Shown one piece after another: positions 1 to 9,800 of a DNA stretch of 64,000 nucleotides. The stretch spans positions 22,383-86,382 of the IMG/VR virus record IMGVR_UViG_3300030108_001677, one strand, 5' to 3'. The notes under the pieces were generated by a model. That model saw only the letters and a program-made list of their open reading frames with translations. It was not told the DNA's origin and searched no databases. The DNA comes from a virus. The position numbers and the translations under genes are program-made. Each line of letters starts with the position of its first letter. Positions within the stretch are counted from its first letter, which is position 1.

Positions 1-74
1 AAAATAGCATTAAGCGGATTCCGTAAATGTGCTGATTGTATGTTTGGGAGAACCAAAAGGGTTGGTGAAGAAGA

Positions 75-395
75 ATGAGCGAAGATATAGAGAAGATCCG
101 TGCTGAAAAGATAGCGGCACTGCAAGCAAAGATGAAGAAGGCTGATGAAGAAAACGAAGAAATAACCGCCATGAAGCAAGAATTTACATGGTCGGATTTC
201 GGTTATGAAGAACCACCATTTGGTTTTCGTGAAAGCGAAGAAATGCCGGGTGCATTTGATATTTGCCAAGAGCGTCAATCGGTTGCCATAACTGGCGACC
301 CAAGATTCGCTATGCTTGTCACAGACTTGTTAAACAGGGCTAAGAAAGAGGAACTCATCATTAACCACAAAGCAGGGGAGATAAAGGATGAGTAA
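75..395 (+). CDS. Hypothetical protein (acidic, N-terminal coiled coil)
   Basis: 106-aa ORF with GGTGA SD upstream; overlaps the next gene start. Confidence 0.75.
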   Translation: MSEDIEKIRAEKIAALQAKMKKADEENEEITAMKQEFTWSDFGYEEPPFGFRESEEMPGAFDICQERQSVAITGDPRFAMLVTDLLNRAKKEELIINHKAGEIKDE

Positions 396-1092
396 GATAC
401 TATACATTGACAACCGTGAACGGTCGGGTCTTGAACAGGCAGTGAAAGATAAGGCCGACAAAGCCGGTATCAAGTGGGAAGTAAATCAAAATCTTATCAC
501 TGATTACTCATACGGGCAAATTGGCATTGAGGCCAAAAGCATAGATGATTATTTTTCCTCGCTACAAGGCGGGCACCTTGCCAGTCAATTAGCGAGCATG
601 GATGAAAACTACAACCACATGATACTGGTCATTCACGGTAAGTTAGACGCTTACATAGCCCGTTTGAAGAAGCGTGGTAATAGAACACCATACGCACGCA
701 TACAGGCTCAATTTGTGGGTTCGCTTGCGAGGCTTGATGTGGACTATGATATGACCATCATGCACTTTCCTACGCCCTCCACAGCCGCCTATTGGATTGT
801 TCAGCGTTGTGCTAAAGACGGCACACTGGGTAGTATATCCACATACAGAACAATGAGGCGCACATCAAGCGAGGACATACGCATTGATGGACTAAGGGCA
901 CTGGGTTGTAGTGAAGCGATAGCAAAGCGGTTGCTCAAAGAGTTTGGTTCGATTACCGAGATCGCTGGTGCCAATGCAAAGGAATTGATGGCTCTTGAAG
1001 GCATAGGAAAAATCCGTGCTAAAGCAATTGTAAATGCTCTAAATAGTGAGTCGGCTGTGTCAAAGGAGAAGGTAAAAATCACCAACGCCTAA
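388..1092 (+). CDS. ERCC4/XPF-family structure-specific nuclease with C-terminal helix-hairpin-helix
   Basis: IDNRE motif, DY...IGIEAKSIDDYFSSL (ERKxxxD-like), QL..M...Y, C-terminal HhH LEGIGKIRA. Confidence 0.9.
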   Translation: MSKILYIDNRERSGLEQAVKDKADKAGIKWEVNQNLITDYSYGQIGIEAKSIDDYFSSLQGGHLASQLASMDENYNHMILVIHGKLDAYIARLKKRGNRTPYARIQAQFVGSLARLDVDYDMTIMHFPTPSTAAYWIVQRCAKDGTLGSISTYRTMRRTSSEDIRIDGLRALGCSEAIAKRLLKEFGSITEIAGANAKELMALEGIGKIRAKAIVNALNSESAVSKEKVKITNA

Positions 1093-1142
1093 GCGTTGAT
1101 ATATGAGAGTCAAATAGGGCAAAGTCCAACGGAGGTAGTGAG

Positions 1143-2681
1143 ATGGGAATATCAGTTAATAGCGACATGAATGATATAATGGCGCAACAAAGACAGTGGG
1201 ATGATTACCAAGTCGTAGCAAGTGAAAACGAAGGTTCAAGGTTTATTCGTGGATATATTGAGCGTTTCAATACTGTATCGTTTTTCAACGAATACGCTGG
1301 CCTGTTGTCCTTCTTTTTCGTCATGGGTCAATTGTGTGCCCCATACATGAGAATACCCATACACGGCACTTTCATTGATTGCAGGGTGCATATCTATTGG
1401 ATTCAACAATCAAGGACTGGTAAATCAATTGCATGGGAATTTACGGACAGGTTGTTAGATGCTTGCGGTATTGAGAGCGATACTTTCACCGCAGGTTCGG
1501 ATGCTAAACTCATAGGAACAGTCCAGCAAACACCCGTTGTTGATGAGAATGGCCGCCCAACAGGTGAAGTCAATCACATCACTGTGCCGGGTTTGCTGAA
1601 CGGCTACAAGACGCTTCTATTCGATGAGGCTTCTATACTGCTCAATGATTCAAAGGCACACTTCTCCGATAAGATCCTTTACCTTCAACAAGCGATGGCA
1701 CCTTTGGGTTCACGAACCAATGTATTGGTTAAGCACCTTGTGGGTGGCGATGTAAGAACACCATCGGGTGTTTCATTGTGGATGACAACATTCCCACCTA
1801 AAGACATCATGGCGCATGTGCTGGACAAAGGTTTCTTTCAGCGTGTATTCTTATTCCAAAATGACATATCCAGTGAACAGCGACAAACTACCAGCGAACA
1901 CCGTGTGGGTGGTGCTTATGTCCGTGTGCGTGAGGAAATCATGGACTACGGCAATTTGGCCGAATATCTCAATGCGTGTGTTGGTGATGTAAGAGAACGC
2001 CTGTTTGATGCTATGGGTCTTTCGTGGCAAACTGTGGAGATTAGAAACGAAGAAGGCGAGTTAGAAGAACGCCGTATAAGCCGTGAAGATGTATGGGCAC
2101 AGATGGAGGATGGAGAGCGTGAGCAAGCCGCCATGAGGCACGCACACGACATATTCACGGTATCATCGGGCTACCACCCAGCGATACTCAACGCTGTTGA
2201 CGATTACTATGGTTTGGTCAATAACATAGCCAGTGAGAATGTCCGTGAAACAGCACTGTCATTCTTGCCTAACATAGAAAACTACACTATGATTTTCTCC
2301 AACTTGATTGCGGTTCTCATGCGTTCATCACAAATCACTGAAGATCATGTGATGATGGCAAGCGAGATTATCTTCGACAACCTACACAATCTAACTATTT
2401 GGCTTGAACAAAAGGAGTCGGCTAAGGATAGAAAGAAGGTTAGTGCCGAGCGTGCGTCATGGATGGCCGCATTCCGTCAGTGTCAAAAGTATGTCAATGA
2501 GGCTGATGGCGTGGAGAGAGTCATGCAATCCGATCTTCTCAAGGTATATGCGGCACAGCAATCGGTTGCTGATATTACAGCACAGCGAAGATATAACGCA
2601 CTGCGTAAGGGTGGACAGGTTGAAGTCGTTAAGCAAGGCAAAGGTGGCCGCAACTATGTTTCATTCAAGTGGGGGAAATGA
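1143..2681 (+). CDS. MCM-like AAA+ ATPase / putative replicative helicase
   Basis: Walker A-like QQSRTGKS, S.AKLIG, PGLL, Walker B LLFDEA, LQQAM, arginine-finger-like FFQR, C-terminal winged-helix-like end. Confidence 0.7.
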   Translation: MGISVNSDMNDIMAQQRQWDDYQVVASENEGSRFIRGYIERFNTVSFFNEYAGLLSFFFVMGQLCAPYMRIPIHGTFIDCRVHIYWIQQSRTGKSIAWEFTDRLLDACGIESDTFTAGSDAKLIGTVQQTPVVDENGRPTGEVNHITVPGLLNGYKTLLFDEASILLNDSKAHFSDKILYLQQAMAPLGSRTNVLVKHLVGGDVRTPSGVSLWMTTFPPKDIMAHVLDKGFFQRVFLFQNDISSEQRQTTSEHRVGGAYVRVREEIMDYGNLAEYLNACVGDVRERLFDAMGLSWQTVEIRNEEGELEERRISREDVWAQMEDGEREQAAMRHAHDIFTVSSGYHPAILNAVDDYYGLVNNIASENVRETALSFLPNIENYTMIFSNLIAVLMRSSQITEDHVMMASEIIFDNLHNLTIWLEQKESAKDRKKVSAERASWMAAFRQCQKYVNEADGVERVMQSDLLKVYAAQQSVADITAQRRYNALRKGGQVEVVKQGKGGRNYVSFKWGK

Positions 2682-2682
2682 A

Positions 2683-3231
2683 ATGAGAGGGATGGCTGTA
2701 TTATTTGATTTTGAGTATGAAGATGGCTACCGCAAAGATGCGGATATTTGGCTTATTGCTACATGGGATGGCAACAAATCGGTTGTTTATACTGATGTGT
2801 CTATGAGCGAAAAGAGTCTAAAGACGGACTTGAGGGATTTATCGGAATGGAATATTGATGATGATGAATATGTTGGTCATAATTTGCATAGCCTGTTTGA
2901 CGGCAAGGCATTCGATCTTCTCAAGGCCACCAAAGAAGCCAGTGCGCCTGTCCTTCAAAATGAGGGCAAGCGGTTTCAGTTATACGATTTAGCAAGGTGG
3001 AACGGTGTGCGTGGCATACCCGTTGAATTTGTTACACGAATGAGGAAAGCAAGTGCTTGGTTCAAAGGCCAGCACATAAAGTCGGCAAGATGGGCGATAG
3101 AAGATGCCATAATGTGTTATGACCTGTTCAATAAAGTGAAAAAGAAAGGACATGTTAGATTTCTTGACGCAAAGACCGGCAAACGGCCTTCGGCCAGTGT
3201 TTCGTGGTCAATTGCACAAGAGGATGAGTAG
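2683..3231 (+). CDS. DEDD/DnaQ-like 3'-5' exonuclease (RNase H fold), divergent
   Basis: Start moved to ATG 2683, just after the upstream stop; motifs LFDFE, YVGHNL, FD, WAIEDAIMCYDLF. Confidence 0.6.
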   Translation: MRGMAVLFDFEYEDGYRKDADIWLIATWDGNKSVVYTDVSMSEKSLKTDLRDLSEWNIDDDEYVGHNLHSLFDGKAFDLLKATKEASAPVLQNEGKRFQLYDLARWNGVRGIPVEFVTRMRKASAWFKGQHIKSARWAIEDAIMCYDLFNKVKKKGHVRFLDAKTGKRPSASVSWSIAQEDE

Positions 3232-3457
3232 TATGCCTTATCAGTGGTATGAATGCCGCACGAAAAAATGCAATAAAAAGCGAAAATGGTCAATTGCTAA
3301 GAGGCCGGGGTGCATAAACTGTGGTCGTAAAAAGAATATGACTGTAATGGAACCTCAACCTCCACCACCGAAAGACTTTTTCAAGCAAGACCGTATAGAG
3401 GCCGCAGATCGTGTGTTAAAGGGCTGGGTTGATACCTTCAAGAGCCGTTCAAAATAG
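3224..3457 (+). CDS. Small zinc-finger protein
   Basis: YECRTKKC...CINCG; start at ATG 3224 or 3233; its 3' end overlaps the convergent methyltransferase gene. Confidence 0.6.
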   Translation: MSSMPYQWYECRTKKCNKKRKWSIAKRPGCINCGRKKNMTVMEPQPPPPKDFFKQDRIEAADRVLKGWVDTFKSRSK

Positions 3458-4804
3458 ACGCTGTTGTAGCGTAGTCGGCATTTGTAGTCCTTTCAACCCG
3501 AACATCTCCACCTGTGGGAATTTGTTTGCCTTTGGCTTACGAAGCCACGGATATATGGTGTAGCCACTGTCTATCGCATCTTTGATATATTCTTCCAGTG
3601 GTTGGTGCTTATCTTTAGCATACATGTAATTAGACAGTATAGATGGTCCGGAATGTTCCCTGCCTAAGCGCAAAATACCACGCTGGAAATCATCGTATGT
3701 TCTCCCCAACTGCTGTAAGCCCGTAGCACCATAGTCCATATCACGGGATATGTAAGGCGGATCTAGATACAACAGGTCGGTGGGTCGTAACAAATCACCG
3801 ATGTCTAACGCATTACCCTGTGTAATGTCCACGCCTTTGTAGCGTGGTGCATAAGCATCAAGATTTATTTTGCGACTCATGTAAGGGAAAGCACGGAAAT
3901 TTTTTGCTTGCTTTTGTTCATCTTCGCTGAACCCATCCCACGAACCCTGTGCGTGGTATCTGTTGAATTGTTCCATAGTGGCTCGACTGTTATCTCGGAA
4001 TTTTTGGTTGGGGTATCGGCCTTCTGTATATGGAACACGATAATCACCTTCAAAATTCTTCATAGGCACTTGTTTGCCCTTCTCATTCATCTCGGTGCGA
4101 CCCTGCCAATCTGTGCCTCTCCAATCGGTGCGGTAACTTGCTAAGTTATTTCCTACGAATAGACGAGCCATTCTCAACAATTCTTCATCGGTCATGTCCT
4201 CTCCATACATGTCACGCCTCATTCTCAAATGATTCAATTCGGCAAAGTTATCGTCTAACTCCTGTTGATTTTGAGGAATCACAACATCACCCATGCCTCT
4301 TTTGGCCTGTGTGTGTATATTCACAATGTCGGGATTCATGTCATTAATCAGCCCAGTGCCACGATTCATACCTAACACGAATGAACCACTACCACCCATA
4401 GGCTCAACGGGTCTATCCCATTCACCTAACTTAGATGCCATGACACGAAACTTGGGCATTTCGCTGGTCTTACCTCCCTCCCAATTGATGAAGGTTGTGA
4501 GCATGTTGTTTTCCGAATCGGTAAATCCTCTCATAGCGTCAAAAATAGGTTGAGGATCTTGTCCAGCCAACACAGCGTTACGCATAGGCATGAGGGGTGT
4601 TCCCTCACGGACACCAATAGAACCCTTCTTTTGCGCTTCTGTGGGCGTAAAAGGTGGGGGTGGTAGTGCTTTCCCTTCTTCTGTGAGTAAGCGCAAGGAT
4701 TCAACAATCATAGGGTCTAATTCGTCTATGTCCTCATACTCAACTCCGTTGAATACAATACCTTTCATGATCGACCACGCTTCGGAGAACGCATCTCGAT
4801 TCAT
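3449..4804 (-). CDS. Dam-like (D12 class) N6-adenine DNA methyltransferase with N-terminal extension
   Basis: INWEGGKT, VEPMGGSGS (motif I), INDMNPDIVN, LYLDPPY (motif IV), ILSN; probable start MNRDAF at 4804. Confidence 0.85.
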   Translation of the reverse strand: MNRDAFSEAWSIMKGIVFNGVEYEDIDELDPMIVESLRLLTEEGKALPPPPFTPTEAQKKGSIGVREGTPLMPMRNAVLAGQDPQPIFDAMRGFTDSENNMLTTFINWEGGKTSEMPKFRVMASKLGEWDRPVEPMGGSGSFVLGMNRGTGLINDMNPDIVNIHTQAKRGMGDVVIPQNQQELDDNFAELNHLRMRRDMYGEDMTDEELLRMARLFVGNNLASYRTDWRGTDWQGRTEMNEKGKQVPMKNFEGDYRVPYTEGRYPNQKFRDNSRATMEQFNRYHAQGSWDGFSEDEQKQAKNFRAFPYMSRKINLDAYAPRYKGVDITQGNALDIGDLLRPTDLLYLDPPYISRDMDYGATGLQQLGRTYDDFQRGILRLGREHSGPSILSNYMYAKDKHQPLEEYIKDAIDSGYTIYPWLRKPKANKFPQVEMFGLKGLQMPTTLQQRLF

Positions 4805-4815
4805 AAACCAACGCC

Positions 4816-4977
4816 TCACTTTTTCGTGTGCCTAAGACCCGACCAGCATATCTCCTGTAATTCAGCGTCATTCTCAAAGATAACAAAATTCAATTCTTCG
4901 GTATCAACCACATCATAAGCAACCCAAGTTACAATAAAACCCAGTATCATTCCGCCTACAAACAAATATCCTATCAT
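4816..4977 (-). CDS. Small membrane protein, 53 aa (not in ORF track)
   Basis: Read manually: MIGYLFVGGMILGFIVTWVAYDVVDTEELNFVIFENDAELQEICWSGLRHTKK; ATGA overlap with the upstream stop; N-terminal hydrophobic helix; fills the gap exactly. Confidence 0.7.
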   Translation of the reverse strand: MIGYLFVGGMILGFIVTWVAYDVVDTEELNFVIFENDAELQEICWSGLRHTKK

Positions 4978-5249
4978 CTATCTCTCGCCACCCTTTGTCC
5001 ACCTGCACCTAATTGCCTTCGCATCTTAGGTCTTGCGCCCGAACCGCTACCTCTTGTCTTACTTCTCTTGTATCGGTTCGCTGTTCGCTTGGATTTGTTC
5101 TTGCGTGATACGCCCCACGCCCTTCTTTTTGCCTGTCGTTCAGCACGGCCTGTGAGAGTATTCTTTGAATATCCTCTAAAATTACCTTTGATTACTGACC
5201 ATCCGACATCTGCGGCACGCTTTTCAACTTGGGATTTGCGTTCCGCCAT
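4974..5249 (-). CDS. Small highly basic (R/K-rich) protein, putative DNA-condensing virion protein
   Basis: GGTGA SD; very R/K-rich after the tag-like motif AADVGWSVIK. Confidence 0.7.
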   Translation of the reverse strand: MAERKSQVEKRAADVGWSVIKGNFRGYSKNTLTGRAERQAKRRAWGVSRKNKSKRTANRYKRSKTRGSGSGARPKMRRQLGAGGQRVARDR

Positions 5250-5392
5250 ATATCACCGCATGAAGGACATTCCCATAAAAATATCCTATCACGACTACCT
5301 GCATAGAACCCGTTTATGCGTAATGCCAACACTTCGGAACCACAAGATTTGCATATTTGTGACACCTTCGCACGATATGTTCTCGCCTTCAT
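5192..5392 (-). CDS. Zinc-ribbon protein
   Basis: CKSCG...WECPSCG; probable start MKART at 5392. Confidence 0.7.
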   Translation of the reverse strand: MKARTYRAKVSQICKSCGSEVLALRINGFYAGSRDRIFLWECPSCGDIWRNANPKLKSVPQMSDGQ

Positions 5393-5414
5393 TCCAATTA
5401 GGTCTAAGTCCAAA

Positions 5415-6542
5415 TCAATACCCCGCATGTGTATATGTAACTTCGACTTGACCACCGGCAGGTGGTATGGGCTGTAATGTTGTTATTGTTTTACCCACTA
5501 CATTGTAATGCACACCTTCAATCAAAATTAATGGACCCGTCATGGGGTTTGGTGCGGGCACTGTAATCAAATGCAAATTGTTAACTTGAGATAGTAATGG
5601 CTCAAACGACAACAAAGGCGCACACACACCGGGTGCGGCTGGTAAGGTAATCAATTCCTTTTCCATACGGTGAACAGGCGTTATTTGGTAAGAGCCACCG
5701 TTACCTACACCAACTGCTTGGTCGGATTGGAAAAACAAGTGCGTTTGCCCAGCACCGTGTGGTTGAGTATTGGCTGGCGAATGCCCAGTCGGATCTCTTG
5801 TATAGAAAACACCCATGCCATTAACAGGCAAGTTTCCAGCGTTCAAAGCGGGTGTTAAGGAGTAATCATTCAACGGGTCGGTTGGGTTGCCGCCAGCATT
5901 TACTAATTTAGTCAAGGGTATAGGACCGCCACGAATGAACATGCGCTTATCTTCTATGGCGGCTACATTCAAAGGATTAGCGAAGGCAACACGCAGTGCG
6001 CCCAATACTACTGATTGTTTGACAAGGTGTGAATATGGCATTTGTGGATATACGCCAGTGGTGGTGTCCACAATATCACCACAAACCAAACCTATGTTGT
6101 TTGTTCCATTCAATTCGGGGTCAACTATGACAAGAACCCAGCATTCTTGATTTGCTTGTGAAGGCAAAACCATACCTGCGGCATTGAATCGTGAATTGTA
6201 ATAACCGGCAGTATCAACATTGAAGGCATTTGCTGAACCAACAGTGTAAAAACATCCGTCAAGACACGCAACACCCTGATCGACAAAGATAGAGTTAGTG
6301 CCACCACCACTGTTTGGCCTCACCACACAATTACCTACAACGGGATTGTTTCTATCAGTGCCGCCACTGTCTTGTGAGTAATTTGTTAGATTGATTGGCA
6401 CTACTCCATTAGTAATACCACGCTCAACCATATTCGTCAAGGTGGCTGACGACAAAACATCCGTATCACGCAAGCCATCGGATTGCCATGTGGCACCCGT
6501 TCCTGTTTTCTCATGTCCTTCATTGAGTCCTGTTGTGCCCAT
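5415..6542 (-). CDS. Putative tail/baseplate structural protein
   Basis: 375 aa, G/N/T/P-rich beta-type sequence; lies at the distal end of the tail module; coupled overlap with the upstream gene. Confidence 0.6.
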   Translation of the reverse strand: MGTTGLNEGHEKTGTGATWQSDGLRDTDVLSSATLTNMVERGITNGVVPINLTNYSQDSGGTDRNNPVVGNCVVRPNSGGGTNSIFVDQGVACLDGCFYTVGSANAFNVDTAGYYNSRFNAAGMVLPSQANQECWVLVIVDPELNGTNNIGLVCGDIVDTTTGVYPQMPYSHLVKQSVVLGALRVAFANPLNVAAIEDKRMFIRGGPIPLTKLVNAGGNPTDPLNDYSLTPALNAGNLPVNGMGVFYTRDPTGHSPANTQPHGAGQTHLFFQSDQAVGVGNGGSYQITPVHRMEKELITLPAAPGVCAPLLSFEPLLSQVNNLHLITVPAPNPMTGPLILIEGVHYNVVGKTITTLQPIPPAGGQVEVTYTHAGY

Positions 6543-6883
6543 TATCTCACTTCCATGACGACATCTATTCTTACTTCATTGGTAGCATTTTTACTGATAG
6601 GAATGAAAGACGACCTAAACGCTGGGTTGTCTAATGGTGTGTTACCGTGTATAACTACTTCTTTGATTGCTTGTGCCGATACTTGGTCTGTTCCAAACAG
6701 TGCATTCACTGATATGGTTCTATCATCAACACGCTGAACAACTGGTGTTTTGGTTAGTGCTACATTACCCACACCGTTGTTTCTCCTTGAGGCTTCACCG
6801 CCCGTTGTTCCAAGACTCATGTTTTTCACAAGGGTCTGTAAATGGTCTGTTAATTTTGCTTTGATTGAATCTAATATTGGCAT
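6542..6883 (-). CDS. Tail collar / fibre-attachment-like protein
   Basis: SLGTTGG...IKEVVIH...FIPISKNATNEVRIDVVMEV resembles phage tail-collar domains; tail-locus position. Confidence 0.55.
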   Translation of the reverse strand: MPILDSIKAKLTDHLQTLVKNMSLGTTGGEASRRNNGVGNVALTKTPVVQRVDDRTISVNALFGTDQVSAQAIKEVVIHGNTPLDNPAFRSSFIPISKNATNEVRIDVVMEVR

Positions 6884-9800
6884 TATCGCACCTCGTAAAA
6901 CACCGACTTAGAATGACCCAATGGGTCTGCCCTGTTAGAACTTACCCTTAATTCGGTGTTGTCGGGTATAGTTACTAAGTTATTCGCAGTGAGCGTAATT
7001 TGTGTGGCTGAAACAGGGTTGCTCGCAACCACACCAACAAACTGACCATCAGCCAAATACACACCGTCATTCGCTTTGAAACGCTGTCGTGGATCTTTAC
7101 CATCCACAGTGATAAAGGTGGTAGTGTTGGCATTGATAGCACCATTCTTCAACACACCAGTAAGACCACCTTTCACACCAATAGCACCCAACTGGCTTGT
7201 TTGTTCAGTGTTTCGCCACCTACCACCAATCAATAATCTATTGTTGAGAACAAATCGTGTCAAGATTCTTTGGGCTGATAGTATGCGAACAGTGTCCGAC
7301 ATACTTACTGATACCTGCTCACTAAATTCACCCGTTGGTTTCTCACTGGTAGTTTGTAATGACGACAAAATATCAGCCAGTAAGCCTTCAATGCCTTTTT
7401 CGTATTGACCAATAACCATAGATGTCATTCCAGTGGTGCTGTCGTGTGTTGTTTCAAACACTGCGAACAAGCCTTTGATACCTTCGTTTGTGAAGTCCAC
7501 TGCTATGATTTCACCGGGTTCAATGTGGCTGGCACTTACTAATCCATCCACCTTAATCAGCGATGCACCTTGTTCAGTTTTATTCATTATTCTCTTAGCC
7601 ATTTTCTTTGCTACGGAATTAGATGTCAAACCAGCAACAACATTGGTGGATGTCCTTGTAACCCCATTTTCATTACCACTACCACCCATTTGCTTTATCT
7701 TTTCCAAGTCTTTTATTTCCGCACGCACCTTTTCATTTTGAGCAAGTCTTTCTCCCTCAACAATTACATGGTTTGCCATTTCCAACATAGCACTGACTTC
7801 TATGTTTTGAGGACCGCTACTTGTTCCAAGTCGCTTTTCTTTAGCCACAAAAGCATCCTTTGAGTATAGTATGATACCTGTGCTATCCATTACTAATTGT
7901 CTATCATCGAATTGAGATAGTGAGCGCAAAACCTCCATCAATCCAACTCCGGTCATATCACGATCTGTAAATACACTACTGTGTTCAATGGTAGCATATA
8001 ATGATGGGTGGGCATTCAAGTATGCTTCTTGGGATTCTCCAATGTCAAACAACAAAATGCTGTTAAAAATAAGGTCGGTGATTTGATTATCCATTTTTTG
8101 TGACAATACTGGTTCGTATGGCAATAAGTCGGCACCATCGAGAGTATCTTCGACATCTTTCAATAACAACAAAGCGGCATCGGTGGTTCTTACCCCAACG
8201 CTCATGTAATGTGCGAGTCTAACATATCCGTCTAAGGCAACACCGGAGTCTGCAAGTGAATTTTCTGTAAGGTTACGGAATTTTAGTGTGTTGTCAACAG
8301 CACCCGATATTCTCCATCGGTTTCTTGAGGCATCAAGCAAATACGGGGAGAAGTGATTTGTTGAAAGAGCCTTGCCGTCAATATATACGGTGCTTAGACC
8401 ACCTGTGCCCGGTTTGCGTATGTAAGACAATGTTCCTTCTTTGTTTCCATCGTTTAGCACGAAACGCTGGGGAGTTAGCATCGTGAAATCGGATGGTTCG
8501 TAGTGCCCTATCCCACGATATGATATTGCGGTGGATAGTGTAGTATCATCAAGTGGACTGGTAGCCTCCCACTTTTCTATTTCATACCCCGCCATTGTTA
8601 TAGCGTTATCCACTAACGAAGGCAAGACTACAAGTGAGTGACCTGCTGGATATGTGTGTGCTATTGTGGATTTTATGGTAGCCGATGGGTTCTTTCCAAA
8701 TATTACCTCCCTACCCGATAAGTCATTTATAGCAAGACAGTCACCTGTTGATGATGAAATAATAAAAGTGGTTTCAGTCCTTGAAGTGTAAAGTAATGAA
8801 CCACTTAGACCTATGATTACTAATGCCCCCGAAGTCGGAAATCCTGTTGCATCTTCAACCGTCAATACATTACCAGCGTCAACCCGAATGGTAGTCCTTG
8901 AGCCGAGTGTTGTCATTGTGTGATCTGCTTGAGAAGTCACGGCAATCTCATCATTTGCCATTCGCAAATATGGGCGCATCCTTCTATGTTGGTCTGTGTA
9001 ATTGAGTCCGGTTTTGATTTCCGTTTGAGAAACTACATGGCCGCCACCGGGATGTGTGCTTTGAGAGTATCTTGCGTCAATTGTAGTGTCCAATTGCCCA
9101 TTTTGGTTACGCCTTGCGGCATCGGATTTGAAGTGTTGAAGCATGTTTGCGCTCGGTATCAAATGCCAAATTTCATCTCTATCATTACCATCCGGCCATG
9201 TCATAACTGGCGACTTATCATCAATTGCAGTGATAGGTTCGATGAAACCTTTTTGTTTGTTGTTGTTTAACTCAAACATACCATATCGTTTGTCACGGGT
9301 GAATGGTTGATGAGCGTTACCCGATTGTGATAGTGTGCTAAACCCACCAAGCAACCACCCGTCTTGGCCTAAATCATTAGCATCGTCTTGTCTTGACGAC
9401 CAGCCAAAGACCTTCAATGGCCTTACCATACGCATGATGTAGTGTGCTTCTTTACGCACTGGTTGTAAAGTGGCAGATGCCTGTGCTTGTGTGAAGTCAA
9501 TGTTAGCCAAATCACCAACGGGGGTGACAGAACGCATTTTATTCTTATTATCTCTATACTCTAACCATTCTCGTTTCAAGATATATACACCACCCCACGG
9601 TGGCAAATCACCACAACCTCTAACTGCCCAATGGTCTTGTATGTGTTCAGTAAAATTAGATACGGTGTCGCCTTGCACTGGATTTCCTAAATTGGTTTTA
9701 TTATTCAAACACCATTGGGGATAATCTTGTCTTAGGTTGGCATTACTTACACCGCCGTATGTTCCTTCAAAGGTTGAAGCGTTAAGTCTTGATGAACCAG

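Noticed and set aside
2404-2682. Long N-terminal extension of the 2404-3231 ORF
   Set aside because: It overlaps the ATPase gene by 278 bp; an in-frame ATG at 2683 directly follows the upstream stop.
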